From Candidatus Flemingiibacterium merdigallinarum (GTDB taxonomy: Bacteria > Bacillota > Clostridia > Oscillospirales > CAG-272), in the NCBI GenBank assembly GCA_904386005.1, contig CAJFKR010000004.1, positions 28,514-92,513 of the forward strand: a stretch of 64,000 nucleotides of DNA, given 5' to 3'. A program made the position numbers and the translations under genes. The notes beneath the pieces were generated by a model. It saw only the letters and a list, made by a program, of their open reading frames with translations. It was not told the DNA's origin and searched no databases. This document shows, piece by piece, positions 18,494-28,141 of the stretch (the stretch's first letter is position 1; every line of letters begins with the position of its first letter).

Positions 18494-19603
18494 ATGAACG
18501 GTCAGTGGACTAAGGAACAGGCATGGAGCTGGTATAACTCGAAGCCATGGATTCGCGGCTGCAACTTTATGTCGAGCGACTGCGCGAACCGTATCGACGA
18601 ATGGCAGGAGTTCGGCTTCGAGGATAAGTTTGCGACTACGGCTCGCGAGATTGAGCTTGCCGAGGCTATCGGCTACAACTCGGTGCGGGTTATACTCGAG
18701 TTTGAGGTTTGGGATAAGCAGCACGACGGATTCATGCAGCGGCTGGACCGCTACCTTACATTGTTTTGGCAGCATGGGATCAGCGCGATGCTTGTGCTCG
18801 CGAACGACTGCTCCGTGCCGAAATCGCTCTGGCAGCCGGCAAAATTCGGCGAGCAGAAATATGATATCGGATATCACGGCGGTAAGAAGAACTCACCGCA
18901 TAAGAAACACGGCGAATTGAGCTGGCACCTGCTGGATGATCCTGACATCGCGGCGAGATATTATGAATTTGTAAAAGAGATAATATCTGTTTATGCGCAC
19001 GACGAACGTGTGATTGTATGGAACCTGTTCAACGAGCCGGGCAACAATCGCGGAAATCTGAGCCTTGGTCACATGGAGAAGTTTTTTGAGATAGCTTGGA
19101 CGATAGCACCCGACCAGCCGCTCTGCGCTGATATATGGTCAGGATTGCGCGGTTCGAGAGCGACGACAGAGACCGAACAGCGCGCGCTTGAGCTGTCTGA
19201 CGTGATCAGCTATCACAATTACGGCAGTTATGACTCGAATGTTATGCTGGTTGAACAGCTTAAAGCAATCGGTCGACCGGCGCTGAATACCGAGTGGCTG
19301 AATCGGATACTGCACAACAATGTAAATGAGCTGTATCCGTTGTTCTACCTTGAAAAAATCGGTTGCTACAACTGGGGCTTTGTCGCGGGGAAGTATCAGA
19401 CCTTTGAGCCGTGGGAGGGCTTGTGGCAGCAGGTCGAGTCGGGCGGCGGCAAGAATCTCGACCTTACGAAATGGCAGCACGACCTGTTCCGTCCGAGTCT
19501 GCGGCCATATGATCCGGCGGAAATTGATATAATCAAAACCTACAACCGGCGTGCCGATGAGAGGTTCAAGTCTGGGCTTGATAAGCGTCTGTTTGGCAAG
19601 TAG
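18494..19603 (+). CDS. Clan GH-A glycoside hydrolase (GH5-like)
   Basis: WNLFNEP acid/base and NTEW nucleophile motifs; no signal peptide. Confidence 0.8.
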   Translation: MNGQWTKEQAWSWYNSKPWIRGCNFMSSDCANRIDEWQEFGFEDKFATTAREIELAEAIGYNSVRVILEFEVWDKQHDGFMQRLDRYLTLFWQHGISAMLVLANDCSVPKSLWQPAKFGEQKYDIGYHGGKKNSPHKKHGELSWHLLDDPDIAARYYEFVKEIISVYAHDERVIVWNLFNEPGNNRGNLSLGHMEKFFEIAWTIAPDQPLCADIWSGLRGSRATTETEQRALELSDVISYHNYGSYDSNVMLVEQLKAIGRPALNTEWLNRILHNNVNELYPLFYLEKIGCYNWGFVAGKYQTFEPWEGLWQQVESGGGKNLDLTKWQHDLFRPSLRPYDPAEIDIIKTYNRRADERFKSGLDKRLFGK

Positions 19604-19631
19604 CGGCAGTTTACATTAAATAATGGTTCAT

Positions 19632-19670
19632 AATGAAGAGATGATGTTTTTTAACCATCTCTTCATTTTT
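19632..19670 (+). terminator. Intrinsic terminator
   Basis: AATGAAGAGATG / CATCTCTTCATT plus T-run. Confidence 0.65.
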
Positions 19671-19881
19671 ATATAAATTTTCGATTCAAAATCAAGCTAA
19701 AGGTTTACTTTTATATCGCGTGGTAGTATAATAAACTTGCCGTAGGCGTTAAAATAAAAAGATAAATTCTGTCAACTTTGCCTTGACACACCGACCGGTA
19801 TTCGTTACAATTATTGTGTATGCGGCATATCATGCCCGAATATCGAGCCTGCGCCAACGCGGGCTGAAAGGTTGTGTTAAA

Positions 19882-22005
19882 ATGAAAATAAGCTACGATG
19901 AAACACGGAAATTGTTCCGCATGGTCTCGAGTGAGATGGAATACGCGTTTGCGGTGAATCAATATGGACGGCTGATTAACCTGTACTGGGGCGCACCCAA
20001 CCGCTCGGAGAGCGACTATGATATATTGCTGTCGTATAATCCGGTAATAAAGCCCGGACCGCGCGGAGTTCAGCGCGCCGAATATCCGTCGCGCGACAGC
20101 TTCGACTTTGGCGAGCCTTGCCTGCGCGCCGCGTTCGACGATGGCGCGGAGACGCTGCGGCTGGTCTATTCGAGCCATGTAATCAGCGGTGGCGAGCTGC
20201 GCGTGACACTGCGCGACGAATACTACCCGCTCGAGGTCGAGTTGGTCTATACGACCTGGGGCGACCTGCCGCTTGTGGGCAGGCGCGCGGTCATAAAAAA
20301 TACCGGCAGCGAGCCGGTGCGCCTCGATTCGGCTAAGAGCGCGGCATTCTGGCTGCCGTATGGCAGAAGGTGGCGGCTCACGCACTACGCGGGCGACTGG
20401 GCGTCCGAATATCAAAAGCAGCAGCAGCTTTTGACGCAGTCGAGTCTGCGGCTCGAAACCTCGCAGCTGACCGACGCGGCGGCACACCACACGCCCTTCT
20501 TCGCGCTCGACGCGGACGGCGGCTCGACCGAGGAGCTGGGCGAGGTCTATTTCGGTATGCTTCACTGGAGCGGAGATTTTCAAATGACCTTCGAGACGCA
20601 GCACACGCAGCAGCTCGACTGCCTTGGTGTGACCGGCGGCGTCAGCGACTATATGTCGCGACCGGTGCTTTGCGGCGGTGAGAGCTTTGTGACGCCGTTG
20701 TTCACCTGCGGATTTTCGTCGCGCGGTTTCGGACATATGAGCGAAATTTTGTACGACTGGCAGTTCGACTATATTCTGCCGCGCGGGGACAAGACTGACA
20801 AGGGGCACGGCGAGCGCCCGATAATCTGCAACACGTGGTACCCGTATGAGTTCGACATCGACGAAAAGAAGCTGCTCGATTACATACCCAAGGTAAAGCG
20901 GATCGGCGGCGAGCTGTTTGTCATCGACGACGGCTGGATGAGCGGCAGGACAAATGACCGCGCCGGTCTCGGCGACTGGGTCGCCGACCCGAAACGCTTC
21001 CCGGGCGGGCTCGGCAAGATCGCCGACGCGGTGCATGACGCCGGACTCCTGTTCGGAATCTGGGTCGAGCCGGAGATGGTCAACCCCGACAGCGACCTGT
21101 ACCGCGCGCACCCCGACTGGATTCTGTCCGAGCCGAACCGAAATCCGCTGACCATGCGCAGTCAGTACATACTGGATATGTCGCGCGAGGATATACGCGA
21201 CTGGGCGATTGACTGGCTCGACGAGCTTATCGAGTCGGCGAAGCTCGACTATCTGAAATGGGACATGAACCGTCAGGCGAATGAGCTGGGACTGTACGCG
21301 CTCGAGCGCGCGGTCTCGGTCAAATATATGCGGTCGATCGAATATATCTGGCGGCACATAAACGAGAAATACCCCGACCTGCTGCTCGAAAACTGCGCGG
21401 GCGGCGGCGGGCGCGCCGACTTCGGTATGCTCGGCTTCGCCGACCGGATGAACCGCTCAGACAACGCCGACCCTATCGACGTCATGACGATACACGAGAA
21501 TTACTCGACCTTCTTCGTGCCGAAGCTCGCCGGCGGCGCGGGCAACGTCTCGCCGTCGCCGAACGGAATTAACGGTCGGGCAGTGCCGCTCGAGTTCCGT
21601 ATCGCGAGCGGAATGACCGGCTCGATGAGCATCGGTATCGATCTGCTGACGGCTGACGACGCGACGCTCGAACGGCTGAAATCGGCGATTGCCGAGTTCA
21701 AGCTGCACCGGCGCGCATTGCAGAACTCGTATGTATATCGAATCGCGTCGGTATACGACCATTCGTATCAGGTGCTCGAATATCTTGAGCGGGATAAAAA
21801 TGAGTTCACGGTATTCGCGTTCGGGCACAACCTGCACCAATGGGACAAGCAGCTGCCGCGCTTCCGTATGCGCGGGCTCGACCCCGACGCGGTATACGAA
21901 TCGGACGGAGTGCGGATGTCGGGCGCGGCGCTTATGAATATCGGCATACAGCTTCGCTTGATGGGCGACTATACGAGCTCGGTCAGCTTCTGGCACAGGG
22001 TCTGA
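19882..22005 (+). CDS. Alpha-galactosidase, GH36
   Basis: IDDGW, GIWVEPEMVN, YLKWDMNR, ENCAGGGGR, SDN motifs; SD GAAAGG before ATG 19882. Confidence 0.92.
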   Translation: MKISYDETRKLFRMVSSEMEYAFAVNQYGRLINLYWGAPNRSESDYDILLSYNPVIKPGPRGVQRAEYPSRDSFDFGEPCLRAAFDDGAETLRLVYSSHVISGGELRVTLRDEYYPLEVELVYTTWGDLPLVGRRAVIKNTGSEPVRLDSAKSAAFWLPYGRRWRLTHYAGDWASEYQKQQQLLTQSSLRLETSQLTDAAAHHTPFFALDADGGSTEELGEVYFGMLHWSGDFQMTFETQHTQQLDCLGVTGGVSDYMSRPVLCGGESFVTPLFTCGFSSRGFGHMSEILYDWQFDYILPRGDKTDKGHGERPIICNTWYPYEFDIDEKKLLDYIPKVKRIGGELFVIDDGWMSGRTNDRAGLGDWVADPKRFPGGLGKIADAVHDAGLLFGIWVEPEMVNPDSDLYRAHPDWILSEPNRNPLTMRSQYILDMSREDIRDWAIDWLDELIESAKLDYLKWDMNRQANELGLYALERAVSVKYMRSIEYIWRHINEKYPDLLLENCAGGGGRADFGMLGFADRMNRSDNADPIDVMTIHENYSTFFVPKLAGGAGNVSPSPNGINGRAVPLEFRIASGMTGSMSIGIDLLTADDATLERLKSAIAEFKLHRRALQNSYVYRIASVYDHSYQVLEYLERDKNEFTVFAFGHNLHQWDKQLPRFRMRGLDPDAVYESDGVRMSGAALMNIGIQLRLMGDYTSSVSFWHRV

Positions 22006-22126
22006 AAATGACAGTATGCCGCATAGTCGTGCCGCGGCGACCGATTTGTCCGATTCAGCGCGGTCAATCAATTAAAAACGAAGCACAGGCTTCAATAAAT
22101 ATATCTGACACAAGGTGGTTATAAAA

Positions 22127-23170
22127 ATGAAAAACGGAAAAATCGGTTATGCCGTGGTAGGTCTCGGCATAGGCAAAGCACACGTCGACGCGGCGGCGGC
22201 ATCGAAAAAATGCGAGCTTGTCGCGGTCTGCGACCTGATACAGGCGAAGCTCGACAAGGTTGTAGAGCGCTATCCGGGCACGCTTACCTATCTCGACTTT
22301 GACGAGATGCTTAAAAATCCCGAGATCGACGTCGTCAGCATCTGTCTGCCGAGCGCGATGCACGCTGAATTCGCGGTCAGAGCTATGGAAGCCGGCAAGA
22401 ACGTGCTCGTCGAAAAGCCGATAGACATCACGGTCGACGCGGCGATGAAGATTGAGGAGGCGCGCGTCCGCACCGGCAAGATCGCCGGCGTGATTCACCA
22501 GAACCGCAACAACGCGGTCATGAAGCCTATCAAGGAGGCGCTCGACTCGGGATGTCTCGGCAAGCTGATCCTCGGCACGTTCGCGGTCAAGTGGTACCGC
22601 GACCAGCACTACTACGAGGGCTGGCACGGCACGTGGGACATGGACGGCGGCGGCTCGCTGATGAATCAGGCCGTACACACGGTCGACCTCATGCAGTGGC
22701 TGATGGGCGACGTCGAGAGCGTACATTCGACTATGGGAATATACGACCACGACATCGAAACCGAGGATTTGACCGCGTCGATTGTAAAGTTCAAGAGCGG
22801 CGCGACCGCGACCTTTGTCAGCACGACCTGCGCCTACCCGGGTATCAGCACCGACATCCAGCTTTACGGCACGGGCGGCACAATCGAGGCTGACGCGGAC
22901 ATATTGAAGCGCTGGATTCTGCGCGACTCTGACGACGCGGAGGAAGAGGAGGCAGAGATGCTCGAAAAGTACGGCGGAGGCAATCGCGCCGCCGAGAAGA
23001 ACGACCCGATGCTTGTCACCGGACACGCGTCCATGGTCGAGAATATGCTCGACGCCGTCATCAATCACACCGACCCGCAGATTCTGCCGCTCGAGGCTAT
23101 CAAGAGCGTGCGCATAGTCAACGCGGTATACGAGTCGGCGCGCACCGGCAAGACGATATATTTTGACTGA
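22127..23170 (+). CDS. Gfo/Idh/MocA oxidoreductase
   Basis: VGLG, VLVEKP, GGGSLMNQAVH motifs. Confidence 0.92.
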   Translation: MKNGKIGYAVVGLGIGKAHVDAAAASKKCELVAVCDLIQAKLDKVVERYPGTLTYLDFDEMLKNPEIDVVSICLPSAMHAEFAVRAMEAGKNVLVEKPIDITVDAAMKIEEARVRTGKIAGVIHQNRNNAVMKPIKEALDSGCLGKLILGTFAVKWYRDQHYYEGWHGTWDMDGGGSLMNQAVHTVDLMQWLMGDVESVHSTMGIYDHDIETEDLTASIVKFKSGATATFVSTTCAYPGISTDIQLYGTGGTIEADADILKRWILRDSDDAEEEEAEMLEKYGGGNRAAEKNDPMLVTGHASMVENMLDAVINHTDPQILPLEAIKSVRIVNAVYESARTGKTIYFD

Positions 23171-23295
23171 TATCCGCCCGCGCGACAGACGAATTCAATT
23201 GCATGGCGCGATTCGGGCTGATATACAGTCGAAGCAAATGCGAAGCTAATCGTACAGCCATTTTGGCTGTGATAACAGAAAAGAGGTAATTTGAA

Positions 23296-24054
23296 ATGAT
23301 AAAAACACTTGGTGTACAGCTGTTCACAATCCGCTCGGCTATGACCGACGAGGACAGCATCAGAAGCAGCTTTTTAAAGCTAAAGGAGCTCGGCTACGAG
23401 GAGGGACAGACGGCGGGATTCTTTGTCGGCGCGCCCAAATTCGCCGAGATCGCGAAGGAGACCGGACTGAAGATCTGCGGCACGCACTGCGGCTTCGGCG
23501 AGCTCATCGCCGACCCCGACCGCGCTATGGAGGAGCACGACCTGCTGGGTACTAAAAACATCGGTATCGGCGGTATGCCGGGCGAGGCGCGCGAGAGTCT
23601 GGACGCGCTCTATCGCTTCGTCGAACAGTTCAACGAGTTCGCGGCGAAGGTCAACAAGTACGGCTTCAAGTTCACCTACCACAACCACAGCTTTGAGTTC
23701 GCGCGTCTCGGCGGCAAGCGGATAATCGACGTGCTGGTCGACGGTCTTGACCCGAAGACCACGTCGTTCGTGCTCGACACCTACTGGGTACAGCACGGCG
23801 GCGGAGATGTAATCTGGTGGATGAACAAGCTCGCCGGACGCATTGACATTCTGCACCTCAAGGACATGGCTATGGCTGACAAGCAGTACATAACCGAAAT
23901 CGGTCAGGGAAATATCAACTTTGACGGAATCATTGCGACGGCAGAGAAGATCGGCGTAAAGCACTATGTCGTCGAGCAGGACACCTGCCCGGGCGATCCG
24001 TTTGACAGTCTCAAGATAAGCTACGAATACATCAAGTCGAAATACATGGCGTAA
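23296..24054 (+). CDS. Sugar phosphate isomerase/epimerase (AP-endonuclease-2 TIM barrel)
   Basis: GVQLFTIR, YHNHSFEF, LDTYW, LHLKD, VEQD metal motifs. Confidence 0.9.
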   Translation: MIKTLGVQLFTIRSAMTDEDSIRSSFLKLKELGYEEGQTAGFFVGAPKFAEIAKETGLKICGTHCGFGELIADPDRAMEEHDLLGTKNIGIGGMPGEARESLDALYRFVEQFNEFAAKVNKYGFKFTYHNHSFEFARLGGKRIIDVLVDGLDPKTTSFVLDTYWVQHGGGDVIWWMNKLAGRIDILHLKDMAMADKQYITEIGQGNINFDGIIATAEKIGVKHYVVEQDTCPGDPFDSLKISYEYIKSKYMA

Positions 24055-24072
24055 GGTCCGCGCCGAGACGAG

Positions 24073-25182
24073 GTGAACAGCATGAGCGCAATTGTCAGAT
24101 ATACCGAGACGATGTCGCCGAAGGAGCGTGTGCGCCGGACATTCGAGTTCGATAAGACCGACCGTGTGACGATCGGTTATGAGGCAAATGGAGCGGTACA
24201 TATGCGGCTTTCACAGGCGCTCGGCATTCCCGACGGCAACCTCGAGCTGGTATACCGCGCGCTCGGTGTCGATTACCGCGGAGTGAATCCGGCGTATACC
24301 GGACCACAGCTGTTCACCGCCCCCAAGGGACGGCAGGTCGACCCGCTCGAGGGTTTCATCATGCGCTGGGTGCCGAACGAGAACGGCGGCTACTGGGATT
24401 TCTGCGACTTCCCGCTAAAGGACGCTGACGACGAAGATTTCGACAATTTCCCGATACCGAATCCCGACGACTTTGACTATGCCGGCGCGGCCGAATACGC
24501 CGCGTCGGTCGGTCGCGAATACGCGCTGTACGTCGGAAATCCGGGCGTGCCGGATATAATCAACTCAAACGGTCGAATTATGGGTATGGAGGATGTGCTC
24601 TGCCACCTGATGCTCGGCGACGAAGCCGCGCTGTCGCTGATTCAGCGCCGCAGCGATTTCTTCCTCGCGCGCATGGAGCGGACGATCGAAGCCTGCCGAG
24701 ACTACATCGATTTTGTATGGCTCGGCGAGGATCTCGGCACGCAGATTGCGCCGATGATCAGCCTGGAGCTGTACCGCAAAGAGATAAAGCCGCTGCACAA
24801 GCTGTTTGTCGACCTCGCTAAGAGTTATGATCTGCCGGTGCTCTTTCACACCTGCGGCAGCTCGAGCTGGGTATACGAGGACTTCATTGAGCTGGGCGTG
24901 CGCGGCGTCGACACGCTCCAGCCCGAAGCGCACAACATGAGCCCCGAATATCTCGTCTCGCGTTTCGGCGGCAGGCTGAACTTTCGCGGCTGCATATCGA
25001 CCGCCGGACCGCTCGCTTACGGCACGCCTGAGGACACCGAGAGGGTCTGCCGCGAGACGCTCGAGACGATGATGCCTACCCGCGGCTATCACTTCGCGCC
25101 GACTCACGCGATACAGGACAACACTCCGGTCGAGAACATCATCGCGATGTACAACGCCGCGCACAAATACGGAAGATATTGA
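24073..25182 (+). CDS. Uroporphyrinogen decarboxylase/MtaA-family protein
   Basis: MSPKERV start, GEDLGTQ, FHTCG, PTHAIQ, PVENIIAM. Confidence 0.85.
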   Translation: MNSMSAIVRYTETMSPKERVRRTFEFDKTDRVTIGYEANGAVHMRLSQALGIPDGNLELVYRALGVDYRGVNPAYTGPQLFTAPKGRQVDPLEGFIMRWVPNENGGYWDFCDFPLKDADDEDFDNFPIPNPDDFDYAGAAEYAASVGREYALYVGNPGVPDIINSNGRIMGMEDVLCHLMLGDEAALSLIQRRSDFFLARMERTIEACRDYIDFVWLGEDLGTQIAPMISLELYRKEIKPLHKLFVDLAKSYDLPVLFHTCGSSSWVYEDFIELGVRGVDTLQPEAHNMSPEYLVSRFGGRLNFRGCISTAGPLAYGTPEDTERVCRETLETMMPTRGYHFAPTHAIQDNTPVENIIAMYNAAHKYGRY

Positions 25183-25252
25183 GGCTTGCGGTGGCTTTGA
25201 GCTTGCTGGCGTTGGTGCGGTTTATGCGGGCTTTGAGTTAGGAGTTGCGGAA

Positions 25253-25281
25253 CACATAAATTGCCGCAGGCAATTTTTGTG
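25253..25281. terminator. Hairpin, probable terminator
   Basis: CACATAAATTGCC-GCA-GGCAATTTTTGTG. Confidence 0.55.
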
Positions 25282-25335
25282 ATTCAATATATTTGATTTA
25301 CGGATTGATATTATATAGTGAAAGCAGGTGAGAAT

Positions 25336-26529
25336 GTGATTTATCTGAATGGGCAGGGGATTGACAAATACAGGATATATACGACCGAAGAAATTCCGGT
25401 CGACATATTGAATTCGCTCGAATATCTGCGCGGCAGAATTGAGGATTTGACCGGACACAGGCTGACGATTTCGTCGGAACGCGGTGAGCTGAATATTGAG
25501 GCGCGGATTGCTGACCTCGCGCCCGAATACGCCGAGTGCGGATTCGATGGCGGCGACCTGATATTTGCCGGCGGGCATTATCTGTCAGCCGCTGAGCTTG
25601 TGCGCTCGTTTGCCGACTCGCTGCGCGACGGCGACTACGACGCCGCGTTTACGCTGTCATACAGCTACGACAAGCAGCCGCTGTATTCGACGCGCTATCC
25701 CGAGATGAAGCTGGTCTGGGACGACGAATTCGACTATACCGGAGACCTGTACGACCGCAGAAAGTGGGTGCAGCGTCCGCAGATGCGCGCGAAGGATGTC
25801 GTCAACGGCACAGGCGAGCGCAATGTCGTCGTGCGCGACGGCAAGCTCGTGCTGCGCTCCTGGAGCGAGGACGGCGACAAGCCTTATTCGACGAATATGT
25901 CAATGACGACCTACGACTCGCTCAATTACAGCTACGGCTATCTTGAAATGCGTGCGAAGGTGCCGTTCGGAAAAGGCTGCTGGCCATCGTTCTGGATGAT
26001 CTCGAAGCCCGAGTATTCGGACCAGGTATACAACACCGAGATCGACATTTTCGAGGTGTTCGCGTCGCCCGACTCACTCTGGCCGAACATACACAAGTGG
26101 TTCCACGACGGCAGCGGCTACCACTCGCAGCTGGGCGGCGACCGCAAGTGTCCGTATGTGTTCGGTCACACCGCGGGGCTGTCGGACGAATGGCACACCT
26201 ACGGCTTTTTCTGGGACGAGACGCGGATGATATTTTCGGTCGACGGTCAGGATTACTGCACGTTCGACATTACCGAGACCGGCGATTTCGGCGACAGGCC
26301 GGGCATGGGCGGATTTCATGTGCCCTGCTATGTGATACTGAACAATTTCATCTTCACTCCGCTCGCGCACTGGAAGCCGAACGGCGACGCGTCGCTCGTC
26401 GACGAGCGGACGGTCTATCCGGTCACCTACACAATCGACTACATCCGGCTCTATCAGGGCGAGAACGGAATACTGCACAAGCCGAGCGAGCGGGCGGGAT
26501 ATGTGCCGCCGGTCGTCGTCGGCGAGTGA
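25336..26529 (+). CDS. Glycoside hydrolase family 16 with an N-terminal extra domain
   Basis: LVWDDEF, YGYLEMRAK, WPSFW, catalytic EIDIFE, WHTYG, IDYIRLYQ; AGGTG SD before GTG 25336. Confidence 0.88.
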   Translation: MIYLNGQGIDKYRIYTTEEIPVDILNSLEYLRGRIEDLTGHRLTISSERGELNIEARIADLAPEYAECGFDGGDLIFAGGHYLSAAELVRSFADSLRDGDYDAAFTLSYSYDKQPLYSTRYPEMKLVWDDEFDYTGDLYDRRKWVQRPQMRAKDVVNGTGERNVVVRDGKLVLRSWSEDGDKPYSTNMSMTTYDSLNYSYGYLEMRAKVPFGKGCWPSFWMISKPEYSDQVYNTEIDIFEVFASPDSLWPNIHKWFHDGSGYHSQLGGDRKCPYVFGHTAGLSDEWHTYGFFWDETRMIFSVDGQDYCTFDITETGDFGDRPGMGGFHVPCYVILNNFIFTPLAHWKPNGDASLVDERTVYPVTYTIDYIRLYQGENGILHKPSERAGYVPPVVVGE

Positions 26530-26611
26530 CGGCAGCTTGTGGTCGACAAATAACTCGATTTCGGGTTTGTGAATGGATGACGTATACAACCACACGATAT
26601 TACGCATAACA

Positions 26612-26639
26612 ACAAGCCGGAGCGAACGCTCCGGCTTGT
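26612..26639. terminator. Bidirectional terminator between convergent genes
   Basis: ACAAGCCGGAGCG-AA-CGCTCCGGCTTGT perfect 13-bp stem. Confidence 0.75.
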
Positions 26640-26679
26640 ATTTGTATTCGCGATGTGTGCCGCGACCGCCGCGCAAATA

Positions 26680-26801
26680 TACGGCAGGCGCGACTTTAGT
26701 GTCTGATATGACAGATGTAGCTTTAACGTCCGATATGACAGATGTAGCTTTAGTGTCCGATATTACAGCCGTGGCTATAATATCAGATGCGGCAGGCGAG
26801 A
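26680..26801. repeat. 27-bp tandem repeat (~4.5 units) overlapping the stop codon of the Gfo gene
   Basis: CTTTAGTGTCTGATATGACAGATGTAG / CTTTAACGTCCGATATGACAGATGTAG / CTTTAGTGTCCGATATTACAGCCGTGG / CTATAATATCAGATGCGGCAGGCGAGA. Confidence 0.85.
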
Positions 26802-27838
26802 CCGTGTCCCTCTTCCTCGGACTTGAACAGCAGGTCGATGACCTTCATAACGCGCAGTGCCTGCGCCGGTTTTACAATCAGCTCAGCTTCACCGTCCAGC
26901 ACGCCGAGGATGTTCTTGTAATAGTCGCTCCAGTCGGACGAAACGTCGGGCAGCGGCAGCTCTGTAAGCGAGGTCTTGGGTCTCGGCACCATAGTGCGTG
27001 TCGGTCCGGCTTCGGTGTAGACAATCTCGTCGTCCCACGCCATCTCGGCGTTGGTGTTCAGCTTGACCATCTTGCCCTTGCAGCTCCAGTCCTCGATTAT
27101 AGCCGTGCCGTCGGTGCAGGACATATGCCAGCGCGGCAGATTTATAAAGCAGTTGGTCGACATTTCGAGCAGCGCGGACACGCCGTTCTCGAAGCGGAGC
27201 ATCAGCTTGATGTTGTCGTCGACGTCGCTGCCGAACAGCTTTAAAAGGTGCGCGTTGACCGATACGACCGGCGAGTCGATCAGGTTCATCATCTGGTCGA
27301 TGAGGTGTACGCCCCAGTCGAGCAGCATTCCGCCGCCGTTGACCTTATGGTTGCGCCAGCCGTGCATCGAGCCGCGCGAGCCCTGAACCCGGCTTTCGAT
27401 GAAATAGGGCTTGCCGATGACGCCGCTCGCGACTATCTCCTTGATTATACAATAGTCGCGGTCCCAGCGGCGGTTCTGGTGGATCGAGAAGAGCTTGCCA
27501 TTCATCTCGGACGCGGCGATGATCTCCTCGAGCTCGGCTGAATTCAGTGTGACCGGCTTCTCGCAGATCACGTTCTTGCCGGCGTTGAGGCAGGCTATAG
27601 CCAGATCCTTGTGGAAGTTGTTCGGTGTGGCGATTGTGACAAGGTCGACCTCCTTATCCGCGAGTAGCTCGTCGAGCGACGAATATGGATACAGCCCTTT
27701 CTCCTCGGCCGATTTGAGTGCCTCCGGACGTATGTCGTAGGCTCCTTTTGTATTGAGCTCGGGCAGGCGCGACTTGATATTGCTGTAGTGCCAGCCGCCC
27801 ATTCCGCCGAATCCGATAAGTGCCCATGTATGCTGCAT
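26783..27838 (-). CDS. Gfo/Idh/MocA oxidoreductase
   Basis: IGFGGMG, ICEKP, HQNRRWD, GGGMLLDWGVH; SD AAAGGAG before ATG 27838. Confidence 0.92.
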   Translation of the reverse strand: MQHTWALIGFGGMGGWHYSNIKSRLPELNTKGAYDIRPEALKSAEEKGLYPYSSLDELLADKEVDLVTIATPNNFHKDLAIACLNAGKNVICEKPVTLNSAELEEIIAASEMNGKLFSIHQNRRWDRDYCIIKEIVASGVIGKPYFIESRVQGSRGSMHGWRNHKVNGGGMLLDWGVHLIDQMMNLIDSPVVSVNAHLLKLFGSDVDDNIKLMLRFENGVSALLEMSTNCFINLPRWHMSCTDGTAIIEDWSCKGKMVKLNTNAEMAWDDEIVYTEAGPTRTMVPRPKTSLTELPLPDVSSDWSDYYKNILGVLDGEAELIVKPAQALRVMKVIDLLFKSEEEGHGLACRI

Positions 27839-28141
27839 ATTGACAACTCCTTTCATATATCCTGCCGCCGGACACATCCGGCGGGAATTCGATTATCCGC
27901 TGCTGTCTATGCGGCGCGGTAATATGTCAAACAGTAATGAACCACACGGCAATACATTACATAGTAATACATTACACAGTAATGTTCACACAGTCATTAT
28001 AGCACCAAATCCCGATGATTTCCAGTCAATATTTCGGTTTGAATGGACAGATTTTGTGTTCTTGCGAATTTTGATATCTCCGAGGACGTTTTGTTTTTGA
28101 CTATTCAGTATATTATATGATACATCATTTCATGCGGTCGG

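Noticed and set aside
19783-19881. Upstream extensions of ORF-track starts (19783, 12360, 11184, 27877, 38448, 44812, 49024, 62443)
   Set aside because: They overlap promoter-like or intergenic DNA or neighbouring genes; better SD-associated starts lie downstream.
26680-26801. Possible CRISPR array (also 49039-49134 and 46401-46463)
   Set aside because: The units are head-to-tail with no unique spacers, and there are no cas genes in the window.
26573-27244. 223-aa + strand ORF containing SDMTDVAL repeats
   Set aside because: It runs through a terminator and the 27-bp tandem repeat, then antisense to the Gfo gene. It is open only because the repeat length is a multiple of 3.
27933-27985. 15-bp repeat AATACATTACA(T/C)AGT upstream of the Gfo gene
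   Set aside because: Only two to three short copies, which cannot be told apart from a local slippage duplication; no regulator could be assigned.
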